Shown: positions 52,803 to 61,746, counted from the first letter of the whole stretch. The stretch is 62,772 bases of DNA, filler included, from Candidatus Tectimicrobiota bacterium (GCA_016193065.1; 9 parts of 9 records of this genome joined end to end with filler, not necessarily neighbours in it), one strand, 5' to 3'. Notes: generated from the letters alone by a model not told the origin. Program-made: numbers and translations.

Positions 52803-53039
52803 ATGTCGCAGGCAAGGGAATTGATGGAAGAATCGCTTCTTCAGCGATTGCGCAGGCTTCCGTCAGAGAGGAGACGGGAGCTCCTTGATTTCCTGGAGTT
52901 CCTGGAATCTCGGGAGCAAGCTCAAGGATGGCTGGAGTTTGATGAGTGGGCCGTTAATCTTGCAAAAGAGAAAGGCTTTGCTCACCTGACCGAAGAGGAC
53001 GTTTCTCGGATTGTCAGCGATTTTAGGGCTGGGAAATAG
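52803..53039 (+). CDS. DUF2281-like antitoxin
   Basis: LRRLPSERRRELLDFLEFL; abuts a PIN gene. Confidence 0.75.
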   Translation: MSQARELMEESLLQRLRRLPSERRRELLDFLEFLESREQAQGWLEFDEWAVNLAKEKGFAHLTEEDVSRIVSDFRAGK

Positions 53040-53452
53040 TGCGGATTGTCGTTGACACCAACGTGCTGATCTCTGCTGCTTTCTGGACCGGCAAACCTAA
53101 AGAGCTCTTGAATAGGGTTCGCCAGCGAAGACTGACCTTTCTCACTTCTGAGGTGCTTCTCGATGAGCTCAGGGAAGTTCTCGTTAGAGAGGACAAGCCC
53201 TTTAAGCTGTCAGCGGAAGAGGCGGCACGGGTCGTCGCAGCAATGCGGGACATCGCTGAGATTGTCCAGCCCCATAGTCGGGTGACAATATGCCAAGATG
53301 ACCAGGACAACAGGGTGTTGGAATGTGCCATGGATGGGTCGGCTGAGTGCATTATCAGCGGGGATTTGCATCTACTCGGGCTGAAATCTTTCCAAGGGAT
53401 ACAGATTATGACTGTCTCGGATTTTTTGAGTCATTCGGGGCCGAGATCATGA
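53039..53452 (+). CDS. PIN-family toxin (TIGR00305-like)
   Basis: RIVVDTNVLISA, DDQDNRVLECA and ISGDLHLL. Confidence 0.92.
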   Translation: MRIVVDTNVLISAAFWTGKPKELLNRVRQRRLTFLTSEVLLDELREVLVREDKPFKLSAEEAARVVAAMRDIAEIVQPHSRVTICQDDQDNRVLECAMDGSAECIISGDLHLLGLKSFQGIQIMTVSDFLSHSGPRS

Positions 53453-53606
53453 AAGCTGCAGAGAGAATAGCTCGCTGCCAGGTTTTTGAGGCTGAGAACG
53501 ACCGCCAGGCTCTCCTGCGGGTGAAGGAGTGCGAGCCTCAGATGGTGATTCTCGATTTTCACCTGCCCAGCGTGAACATCCGCCGGTTGTGCCAGAAGAT
53601 CAAAAA
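53449..53606 (+). pseudogene. Receiver-domain fragment, copy 2
   Basis: VFEAENDRQALLRVKECEPQMVILDFHLPSVNIRRLCQKIK, cut off by the heptamer array. Confidence 0.75.
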
Positions 53607-53655
53607 GAGCTGAGAGCTGAGGGCTAAGGGCTGAGAGCCAAGAGCTAAGAGCCGG
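53607..53655 (+). repeat. Heptamer tandem array (7 units, GRGCYRA, ending GAGCCGG)
   Basis: GAGCTGA GAGCTGA GGGCTAA GGGCTGA GAGCCAA GAGCTAA GAGCCGG. Confidence 0.9.
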
Positions 53656-53726
53656 AAAGCGGCGGACCTCTTCACCGTTGACCCTTACCCCCTATGGGGG
53701 AGAGGGAAAGATGAAGTTCGCTTGTA

Positions 53727-53754
53727 TTGACACGTGATCTCGACGTGTTATAGT
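53727..53754 (+). promoter_or_regulatory. Putative sigma70 promoter with an overlapping ACACGT...ACGTGT palindrome
   Basis: TTGACA-N16-TATAGT with a TGn extension. Confidence 0.6.
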
Positions 53755-53841
53755 GCTCATATCAGAATGGGAAATGGAATCTTATAAGGAGTTTTCAAAG
53801 AGCTCTGGGTGCGGGATCTAGGTTCCCGAGGGCGATAAGAA

Positions 53842-54147
53842 ATGGATGGAGTTATTGCTGCGCAAGCTCTAGATGAAGTCCGCCGGATTATCTGGGAAGT
53901 GGTGGGGAAAGGAACGGCGACGGTTTATCTGTTTGGTTCCTGGGCGCGGGGAGATGCCGGCCCGAACGCTGATATCGACCTGGCCATTGAGGCCCATGCT
54001 CCGTTGCCCCGGGGGACGCTGGCCTTGCTGCGAGAGCGGCTGGAAGAGAGCCACGTGCCCTACCGAGTCGACGTGGTGAACCTGGAGGACGTGGACCCGG
54101 ACTTCCGTCGCCGTGTCCTCGAAGAGGGCATCCGGTGGAGCGACTGA
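53842..54147 (+). CDS. Minimal nucleotidyltransferase (MNT antitoxin)
   Basis: YLFGSWARGD..ADIDLA and VDVV. Confidence 0.92.
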   Translation: MDGVIAAQALDEVRRIIWEVVGKGTATVYLFGSWARGDAGPNADIDLAIEAHAPLPRGTLALLRERLEESHVPYRVDVVNLEDVDPDFRRRVLEEGIRWSD

Positions 54148-54533
54148 AAGAGCGGCTTGTTAGTGCGACACAAGCTTTTGCCACGCTTGAAGAACTGGTT
54201 GCCCTTCCCCATCCGTCGCGCGTAGAGCGAGACGCAGCAATTCAGCGCTTTGCGTACACGTTCGAGGCGTGCTGGAAGGCGGCGCAACGGTACCTGCTGG
54301 TGATCGAAGGAGTGAACGCGGGCTCACCCAAGGCTTGCATTCGGGCCTGCAGAGATGCCGGTCTTTTCTCCGATGAGCAGGCGGTCGTCGGCTTAGAGAT
54401 GAGCGATGACCGGAATCTCACGGCACACACCTACAATGAACTGGTGGCGGAACGGATCCATCGGAATCTTCCCCGATATGCGAGCATGATGAGGCACTGG
54501 CTCACCGCCATGCAAGCGCGGATGAAGACCTGA
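54135..54533 (+). CDS. HEPN-type nucleotidyltransferase substrate-binding protein (HI0074-like toxin)
   Basis: RDAAIQRF.YTFE, SPK and RNLTAH (RxxxxH). Confidence 0.92.
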   Translation: MERLKERLVSATQAFATLEELVALPHPSRVERDAAIQRFAYTFEACWKAAQRYLLVIEGVNAGSPKACIRACRDAGLFSDEQAVVGLEMSDDRNLTAHTYNELVAERIHRNLPRYASMMRHWLTAMQARMKT

Positions 54534-54547
54534 TTGAACCCTGCCTG

Positions 54548-54726
54548 ATGATCCTCGATTTTCACCCGCCCAGCGTGCACGTCCGCCGGCTGTGCCAGAA
54601 GATCAAGGGGCAGAACGGAAATGCCAATCTCCCCATTATCCTGCTGGCCAACTCGGCGGACACGACGACCCTCAGTCAGGTCCTCGCCATGGGGGCCGAT
54701 GGAGGTCCCCCCCACCTGAATCCTCC
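54548..54726 (+). pseudogene. Receiver-domain fragment, copy 3
   Basis: MILDFHPPSVHVRRLCQKIK...LPIILLA...LAMGAD fused to REP-like sequence; no N-terminus. Confidence 0.75.
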
Positions 54727-54826
54727 NNNNNNNNNNNNNNNNNNNNNNNNNNNNNNNNNNNNNNNNNNNNTTAATTAATTAANNNNNNNNNNNNNNNNNN
54801 NNNNNNNNNNNNNNNNNNNNNNNNNN
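54727..54826. other. Artificial contig spacer
   Basis: N run with TTAATTAATTAA. Confidence 0.98.
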
Positions 54827-55186
54827 CTGGAAAAATCCCTCCAGGAAGCGCAGGGAGAACTGAAGAGTTTTGAGGACAAGATCCTGCGCATCCGGGAGTT
54901 CCGGAAATCGAAGGCCCGCTGGAGCGAAGTCATGCGAAACGTTGCCAATGCCACTCCCGGGGGAATAGTGCTCACGGCCTTGGAGGACAAAAGCAAGGGA
55001 AAATTGGTGCTGAGGGGTGAGGCGTCGACTTCGGGCCGGGGCGGCGGACCCGAGCAGGTCGCCGGGTTTGTTGAGCGGCTGGGAGCGCAAGGCTCGGGTC
55101 TGTCGGCGGCTCGGCTCGTTTCCGCACAAAGGGTGAAGACCGGAGAGGTTGAGGTCATCCAGTTCGAGGTGGAATGTGCGCTTTAG
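54827..55186 (+). CDS. PilN-like protein (5' partial)
   Basis: Coiled coil, then WSEVM...P.GIVLT.L...LVLRGEA; context upstream of the secretin. Confidence 0.65.
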   Translation: MEKSLQEAQGELKSFEDKILRIREFRKSKARWSEVMRNVANATPGGIVLTALEDKSKGKLVLRGEASTSGRGGGPEQVAGFVERLGAQGSGLSAARLVSAQRVKTGEVEVIQFEVECAL

Positions 55187-56108
55187 CCTGAAGGAGCTTC
55201 TGGGCGGGAGACGCAGGCTTCCTGTCACTCCGCTTCTGGCGGCGGGGATCGGGGCTTCTTTGCTGGCCTTGTCTCTGTTTTTCTGGGGGACCTACCGCCT
55301 GCAGCGTCAGGATGCCCGTTCCCTATCTCAGAAATTACGGCATCTCTCCCAATTGGTTGTGCAGGCACAGCAAGCTGCCCGTCAGAGGCAAGGAGAACTG
55401 CGGAGAATCTTCAATGAAGGCACGTTACCGGTGGTCTACGGCGACCTGACACAAGAGAGAGAAATTCCCTACTTTCTCCGGGGACTCCTCTCACTCTCCG
55501 CTGATCTGGGAGTGAAGATTGTCGGACTCAGGGCAAAGCCTGCCCTGAGCAAGGCCGAAGGGCCGGTCGGGGAAAACAAGGAAACTCCCGTACGCAGTTT
55601 TGAACTACGCTTCCGAGGATACTTCAAAGACCTCGTGAACCTGGTCCACGTCTTGGAAAGAGCCAGCAAGCCGATGACGATGGAGAACTTCTCCATAAGC
55701 TCGGAGGGGGAAGAGGGGGGCGAGCTTTCCATGCAGCTTACCCTGAACGTGTTGGAGGTAGGTGAGGGACGAGATCCTGAGTCCCGAGTCGCCCTGGAGC
55801 CGGCGGCCAGGTTGATTCACTCTCCTCCAGTGATTCTCTCCAGGGATCCATTCCGTTTCGGCGCGAGTCCCTCGGCGGCCGCCGGAACCCGTGAAGATGG
55901 AATCCTGCGGCTTTCCGCAATCCTCAAGACACCCGCAGGGCCCATGGCCATCATCGGGCAGGAGGTGGTTGGGATTGGAGAGCGCGTGGGGGATCTGGTG
56001 GTGCTGAGAATCAGCGGGAGTCAAGTGCAGCTTCGCGGTGGAGGCAAGACGATTACTCTCGACTGGAAAACGACGGAGAAGGAGGAGACTGGCGCTCATG
56101 AGAATTAG
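55176..56108 (+). CDS. PilO-like protein with a PilP/GspC-like C-terminal domain
   Basis: N-terminal TM; FRGYFKDLVNLVHVLE; RDPF followed by LRLSAIL...MAII...V.IGERVG. Confidence 0.6.
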   Translation: MRFSLKELLGGRRRLPVTPLLAAGIGASLLALSLFFWGTYRLQRQDARSLSQKLRHLSQLVVQAQQAARQRQGELRRIFNEGTLPVVYGDLTQEREIPYFLRGLLSLSADLGVKIVGLRAKPALSKAEGPVGENKETPVRSFELRFRGYFKDLVNLVHVLERASKPMTMENFSISSEGEEGGELSMQLTLNVLEVGEGRDPESRVALEPAARLIHSPPVILSRDPFRFGASPSAAAGTREDGILRLSAILKTPAGPMAIIGQEVVGIGERVGDLVVLRISGSQVQLRGGGKTITLDWKTTEKEETGAHEN

Positions 56109-58368
56109 TTGTCATGGACCCGGGTACCCGCAGAGCGGGTGTCACCCGTGCATCATGAAATCCCCCCTGACCCCCCTTTTTCAAAGGGGGGAGCGGGGGG
56201 ATTTTCTGAGCAGCGTTGTGGGAAGGGCCGGGATCTTGGGGATCATCCTCCTGGTGGCCGCGTCTGGATGTGCCGGGGTACGTGGCGTGGTGCCAGGGCA
56301 GCATATTGCTCCGATCAGTGAGACTCAATTTCTCCTGAGCGTGGAAGGTCTCAGTTTTCCCCGGGTTACCCGGGTCATTTTGCGGGGAAGCCAAAATTTT
56401 GAGCTCGTCGTCGATGAACTGAGTCCCGAGAAAGATTTAATCTCTCTGGATTTTCCCGGGGCCAGGTCTGTGGTCTCACCTCCTCGTGTTTTGATCAACC
56501 GGGGTTCCGTTGGCGCGGCTCAGGTAACCCAGGAGGAGAAAGGTGCCGGGGTTCGCCTGGAGTTGAAGCAGCCCAGGCCGTACAAGATCTTCCGCAGTGG
56601 CGCTGTGCTCTGGGTCGATGTAGAGGAACCTGAGCCGGCCTCCAAGCAGGTCACGGGAGAAATCCCGGTCGTACAGCCTCAGCAACTAGCGGGCGAGGGA
56701 TTGCAAGGAAAGCGGAATGAGGTCCAGAAATCCTCGCCGGCGGAGGAACCTGATCCACTCCGGGAGATTCCCCTTCTCGAGCGTGCCGGACGGCTCGGTC
56801 AACCGATCTCGCTGAAAGCCCGCGATACCGAGATGAAAGACCTTCTGAGATCCGTGAGCAAGCTGCTCGGGGTGGGGCTCCTGGTGGACGAGGAGATCAA
56901 GGATCGAGTGACACTGGAGGTGAAGGAGGTTCCCATCCGGGATCTGTTGAGGACGCTGATCAGGGATTATGGCCTGAGTTTGCAGCAGCAGGGGGAGATG
57001 ATTTCTGTCCGCAAGCTCAAGTTCGACAGCCGGGTGGTCTTCCTTCGCCATGCCAGCGCCGAGCGTCTGAGCCAAACCATCAAGGAATTGAAGGTGGCGG
57101 AAGGCACATCGGTCTCCTCGGATCCTCGCACGAATGCCCTCATCTTCCAGGGGGACCCGGAGGACCTGAGACGGCTCCTGGAATTGGTCCAAGCCCTGGA
57201 TGCGGAAGGAACCTCCGCCTCGAGCAAGCTGAAGACGAGAATCGTTTACTTGAAGTATGCCCGGGTGGGCGAGTTCCAGCGCAAGATTCTCGATCAGACC
57301 GTGACGGAGAAAGGCTTTGACGAGACCTTGAAATCCCTGCTGTCCGAGGTTTCCAAAGGGGGGGTGGGGGCAGGCGGGAAGGGAGAGTCGGGGGGGGGAG
57401 ACATCTTGTCCAGCCGGATCGCCTTTGACAAGAGAACGAACGCGGTCATTATTCGGGATCTTCCCGAAGTGGTCGATCGGATCGTTCCTCTCATCGAGGA
57501 GATGGACAAGTCTCTGCCGCAGATCTCCATTGAAGCTCGTATCGTGCAGACGGATGCCACCTTTGCCCGGGAGCTGGGAATTCAATGGGGAGGCAAGTAC
57601 ACAAAGGGGGGACATTTCGGGAACACAGTAATCCAGGGGGGGATGGTGCCGCTGACGAATACGGCAGGAGGAATCGTCGGCACGACTCCGGGGGGAGGGA
57701 ATATGGTGGTTGATCTTCCCGCCGCTGTCGGCCGGGGGGTAGGTGGGGCCGCAGGAGTCTCGCTGGGGAACCTGGCTCGGGGACTGGTCCTGGACCTGCA
57801 GCTCTCGGCTCTGGAGACGGAAGGGAAGGCGCGGGTGATCTCGCGTCCCAGCATTGTGACCCTGGCCAATCAGGAAGCGCTCATCGAGAGCGGCACGGAA
57901 TTCAATGTGCGGGTGAGAACCGAAGGGACACAAGGGACCATCTCCTCGGATCTTAAGGAAGTGGACGCAACCCTGCGCCTGCGGGTGCGACCCTATATCA
58001 CGCCGGAAGGAAAGATCTTCATGGATATCCAAGCGGAGCAGCGCGAACCCGACTTTAGCCGGGTTGTGGATGGGATTCCTGCCATCCAGAAGAACAGCGC
58101 CTTTACCCAACTCATGGTCGATGACGGAGCCACGGCGGTCATTGGCGGCCTGTTCCGGCAAAAGAGCAGCGACAATGCCAAGCAGGTTCCCGGAGTCTCC
58201 AGGATTCCTATTCTGGGCTGGTTGTTTAAGAACCAGAGCCGCTCGGAATCCTTGACCGAGCTGATGATCTTCATCACCCCGAAGGTTCTGCAGGGGGAGG
58301 AGATTCTCGGGATCCGCAAGATGGGCGGCCCCAATCCCGGAGCCAAGGGCTTCGCAGGTCCACAGTAA
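56098..58368 (+). CDS. pilQ: Type IV pilus secretin PilQ-like (lipoprotein)
   Basis: ASGC lipobox; DPRTNALI, QISIEARIV, RELGIQWG, VPGVSRIPILGWLFK and ELMIFITP. Confidence 0.88.
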   Translation: MRISCHGPGYPQSGCHPCIMKSPLTPLFQRGERGDFLSSVVGRAGILGIILLVAASGCAGVRGVVPGQHIAPISETQFLLSVEGLSFPRVTRVILRGSQNFELVVDELSPEKDLISLDFPGARSVVSPPRVLINRGSVGAAQVTQEEKGAGVRLELKQPRPYKIFRSGAVLWVDVEEPEPASKQVTGEIPVVQPQQLAGEGLQGKRNEVQKSSPAEEPDPLREIPLLERAGRLGQPISLKARDTEMKDLLRSVSKLLGVGLLVDEEIKDRVTLEVKEVPIRDLLRTLIRDYGLSLQQQGEMISVRKLKFDSRVVFLRHASAERLSQTIKELKVAEGTSVSSDPRTNALIFQGDPEDLRRLLELVQALDAEGTSASSKLKTRIVYLKYARVGEFQRKILDQTVTEKGFDETLKSLLSEVSKGGVGAGGKGESGGGDILSSRIAFDKRTNAVIIRDLPEVVDRIVPLIEEMDKSLPQISIEARIVQTDATFARELGIQWGGKYTKGGHFGNTVIQGGMVPLTNTAGGIVGTTPGGGNMVVDLPAAVGRGVGGAAGVSLGNLARGLVLDLQLSALETEGKARVISRPSIVTLANQEALIESGTEFNVRVRTEGTQGTISSDLKEVDATLRLRVRPYITPEGKIFMDIQAEQREPDFSRVVDGIPAIQKNSAFTQLMVDDGATAVIGGLFRQKSSDNAKQVPGVSRIPILGWLFKNQSRSESLTELMIFITPKVLQGEEILGIRKMGGPNPGAKGFAGPQ

Positions 58369-58385
58369 GGTTCGCAATCCCGGAG

Positions 58386-58959
58386 GTGGCAGCGGAGATG
58401 AGCAGTGTCCGGATCGGCTATGAAAGACTCGGGGACATCTTCCTCAGACAGGGCAAGCTGACTGCGGACCAGCTCGATCAGGCTTTGTCCCGACAGCGCG
58501 AATCGGGGGAACGTCTGGGATCGATCCTGGTGGAGATGGGGTTTGTTTCCGCCTACGAACTCCTCAATGTTCTGGGCAACCAGTTGCGGATTCCCCTGGC
58601 GAGTCTGGACACCTATAAGGCTCTGGACCGGCGGCTGTTACACCTGGTGCCCGAGGATTTCGCCCGGCAGCACTCCCTGATCCCCTTGTGGAAGGAGGGA
58701 CCTCTCCTGCTCGTGGCCATGGCCGACCCCTTCGATATCATGGTCACGGATCGGCTGAAGTTCCTGACGGGCTGCCAGATCGCCCCGTTCATCGGCGTGG
58801 CGGACGAAGTTGAGGTGGCGCTGGCCGAAAATTACCGGGGGGGAGACACCCTGGAGGAAGTGGTCCGGGACATCTCCGCCTCCGAGCGCTCGCCGCTGGA
58901 GGAGGAGGTGGACGGCTCCGATGCCGCGCTGGCCATTCAATCCGAAGGCAGCCCGGCCA
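58386..58959 (+). CDS. PilB/GspE ATPase N-terminus with MshEN c-di-GMP-binding motifs (3' truncated)
   Basis: RLGDIFLRQG...QLDQAL..Q...RLGSILVEMG; VAMADP. Confidence 0.88.
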
Positions 58960-59059
58960 NNNNNNNNNNNNNNNNNNNNNNNNNNNNNNNNNNNNNNNNN
59001 NNNTTAATTAATTAANNNNNNNNNNNNNNNNNNNNNNNNNNNNNNNNNNNNNNNNNNNN
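58960..59059. other. Artificial contig spacer
   Basis: N run with TTAATTAATTAA. Confidence 0.98.
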
Positions 59060-59245
59060 CAGGCCATCGGCTGGCATCATCCGGCCGTGCGTCTTGTAGT
59101 AGGCGCTGCCCCAGCCGAAGGTCGTGAACCGGAAGCGGAGGCGCTTGTCGCGCCTGGCCAGGGTCTCCAGGACCCTGCGTCCCTCGGCCACCACCTCGAT
59201 GCCGACCCCGTCCCCGGGGATGACTGCGATCGTAAACGTTGGCAT
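59060..59245 (-). CDS. Tartrate/isopropylmalate dehydrogenase-family protein (3' truncated)
   Basis: IAVIPGDGVGIEV and WGSAYY..HGRMMPADGL. Confidence 0.85.
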
Positions 59246-59478
59246 CTCATCGCTCCTCGTCTCCCCCTTCTAACCTCAACTCACTGACGCACGCCCCTGC
59301 ACCCATCGCAGGAAGTCGAAACCCCTCCCACGCCAAGAGTGGCTCTTTTAGCATAACTTCACGCAATCAATCAAGGACCCTCCGACCCTTCACCCACCCC
59401 CGCTTCGCCGAATACATTCAGCAGGGCAGTGCCCGACGGGGTTCCCCGGTTCGCCCCAACTGTTTAGCGTCGGCAGCT

Positions 59479-59967
59479 CTAGGGTGCTTCTCCGGCGAGT
59501 CTCAGGACGGCAGCCCGGGTGTGCGGGGCGATACGAAAGCGCAAATCCTGAAGTGTATCCAGGATTGGCTGGACCACTGGGATGAGCCCAGCGCGTTTCG
59601 CAGCGAGCAGCAGCCCCAGCGTCCCAGTCAGGCGGATGCCTAGGGTATGTGCTACCCGTCTCGCCAGGGCATCATCGAGGACGACAACGGCATCAGGTGA
59701 CTCCAAAGCCAGCATGAGGACTTCCGTTTCCCCCGGGCCCAGATCCGTGACCAGTGGCAGGGCGGACGAGCTGGACGGACGACGGATTGCCACCCAGTCC
59801 AGCGTGTTTGGGTCAGGCAGGTCCACACCTACCGAGCGGCCCATCGAAAGCTCTTCCATAACCGCCGGGGGAACGATCACCCGGTGGGCCAACGCCGGGA
59901 AGATGTGGAGGAGACCGAGTTGATGGAAGTATTGAATGGGCGATGTGTTGCAGATGACGTCAGGCAA
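59479..59967 (-). CDS. DUF3368 PIN-like protein (putative toxin)
   Basis: ICNTSPI, DLGPGETE, LDDALAR and TGTLGLLLAAK. Confidence 0.9.
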   Translation of the reverse strand: MPDVICNTSPIQYFHQLGLLHIFPALAHRVIVPPAVMEELSMGRSVGVDLPDPNTLDWVAIRRPSSSSALPLVTDLGPGETEVLMLALESPDAVVVLDDALARRVAHTLGIRLTGTLGLLLAAKRAGLIPVVQPILDTLQDLRFRIAPHTRAAVLRLAGEAP

Positions 59968-60211
59968 GGCGGGTCTCTGCCCGGAGCTGCTCTTCGGTCA
60001 GGCGGAAGGTATCCACCCCGTAATCGGCAAGCCTTGAGAGGAAAACGACTCGCGGCACACCCGCCAGTCGGGCCGCCGCGCCGGAGGAAAGGCGCCCCAA
60101 CTCGAATAGCTTGACGGAGGCCGCCATGCGCAACTCCTGGCCGAACGCGTCCGGGGACATCTTCAGCGCCAGCAAAGCGTCATCCGGTATGTCCAGCTTG
60201 ATTTGGCTCAT
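59960..60211 (-). CDS. UPF0175-family protein (putative antitoxin)
   Basis: VKLFELGRLSSGAAARLAG. Confidence 0.9.
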   Translation of the reverse strand: MSQIKLDIPDDALLALKMSPDAFGQELRMAASVKLFELGRLSSGAAARLAGVPRVVFLSRLADYGVDTFRLTEEQLRAETRLA

Positions 60212-61018
60212 GACCAACTCACCCCCAGCCCTTACCGAAGTGGGCCCCGGCGGCGCAATCCGCCCTCGGTCGATCACGGGCCCTCTTTGCGATGAAACCT
60301 GTGACCGCGTCTTCTACTCCGGGGACTGACGCTACGACAAAGTCTCCGCCGTGTCAACCTTGATGTAGTGGGAAACGTCGTTGATCGAGCGGGATAATCC
60401 TCAGGGGGGCTTCCTGGAAAAGCGTCCGGCGAGCCAAAACGGGGGGTGTCGCGTAGGTTCAATCAGGTCCTCCGGGCAGGTTGGGCTTTTTCCTCGGCTC
60501 CAGGGTCCGGATGGTCAACGCCATGACCGGGCTATCCCGGGAACTTGTAGGCCGCGGATGCAGGCTGCCCTTCGGAGGAACACGGCAATGAGAATCGCAA
60601 GCGCAGGCCTCTCCGCCTCACGAATCATGGAAGAAATCCGAAGGCGGGTGAGCGGATAAGTCAACACAGTCAACTACGGTGTTCTTAGCACGAGTGAGCC
60701 TGCGTAATCAAGCCTGCCGCCGCATCCCATCTGATCGGCCGTCTTTCAGGCGCGGGCTCACCTTCCAGGTGCGCCGCTTGAGGCAGGCTTTCGACGAGAG
60801 ATTCGACCAGAGATTCGCGTTGACGCCCGCCGAGCCCTGTGGTAGAGGGGAAATGGGGATGGCAGTAGGTCTTTCCAGCCATGCGGATCTACATAGATCG
60901 AGAAACCGGCCAGCGGCGCCGGCACCACTTCCACGAATCGGTCCTTTAGCCGATTTGGCTGTTTCATTGAACACGGGCGTCAGGCGGCTGATGGAGGCAC
61001 GCTTCGCAGGAGCTTGGA

Positions 61019-61459
61019 ATGACCGAGCGAGCCGGCTTACAGATCCTCTTTCATGGTGCGATCGTGCTGTTCGTCGGATTGCTGTGCGGATTCCCCTTCG
61101 CCGCTGCGGTGACCGGTGCCTGGGGTGATGAGACTGTGCGCGCCTGGCGTCTTGCGCATGTCGGTCTAGCCGCGGTAGGAATCTGGTTGATCGCAACCGG
61201 AGCCGCGCTACCGCGTCTGGCGCTCGGAGACCGGACGGCTTCAGTCCTTGTGTGGTCCGTCGTGATGTCCGCCTACGCCTTTGTACTCGCCCTTCTGATC
61301 GCGCCCGTTGCAGGCATGCGCGGACTCGAGCCCTTCGGTTCCGGGCTCAACTGGATTGCGTTCGCCAGTAACATGGTCGGTACGTTGGGGGCATTACTCG
61401 GTGGCGCGCTCATGATCATTGGTGCGCACCGGGCGGTACGCGCGGGGGGCCTGATGTGA
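61019..61459 (+). CDS. Four-TM membrane protein, styrene-oxide-isomerase (StyC)-like
   Basis: FHG..LF..LLCG, WRLAH.G...G and LPRL...DRTA follow my recollection of StyC (HG, WARAH, LPSL..DKTA). Confidence 0.55.
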   Translation: MTERAGLQILFHGAIVLFVGLLCGFPFAAAVTGAWGDETVRAWRLAHVGLAAVGIWLIATGAALPRLALGDRTASVLVWSVVMSAYAFVLALLIAPVAGMRGLEPFGSGLNWIAFASNMVGTLGALLGGALMIIGAHRAVRAGGLM

Positions 61460-61477
61460 AGGCGCCGTGTCGCGATC

Positions 61478-61746
61478 GTAAGAAGGGGACCCGGCTTTAG
61501 TGGCCTTAGGAGGCGGACGACACCCGGAGGCCTGTCGCGCCCGCAATGGGCTGGCGTACCACTGGGTGAGGGTGCTAGGGCGCAGTGGATGGCAGCTCGC
61601 GCGGAAGTTGCGGTCCGGCGGGAATCCGTCTTCAGGGCGGCGCGGCACCCACGAGCAGGAGCGCTGGCGAGGAGTGGTGGGGGCATACCACAAAGTCACT
61701 AAAGCCGCAACGTCCCCAATCTTAAGCCGCAACGTCCCCAATCTTA
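61478..61746 (+). mobile_element. Internally deleted remnant of a Y1-transposase-type element
   Basis: Imperfect inverted ends GTAAGAAGGGGACCCGGCTTTAGTG / CACTAAAGCCGCAACGTCCCCAATCTTA; 22-bp tandem duplication 61702-61745; frameshifted ARNGLAYHWVRVLG..S...LARKL helix segment. Confidence 0.5.

Noticed and set aside
60330-60967. Short ORFs including SLVESLVESL and a possible transposase tail ending AAGTCAACACAGTCAAC
   Set aside because: Too fragmentary to assign; probably decayed remnants
59400-61020. Integron attC sites around the accessory genes (e.g. GGGCGTCAGGCGGC near 60975-60988)
   Set aside because: Only half-site resemblance; no matching RYYYAAC/GTTRRRY pair and no integrase
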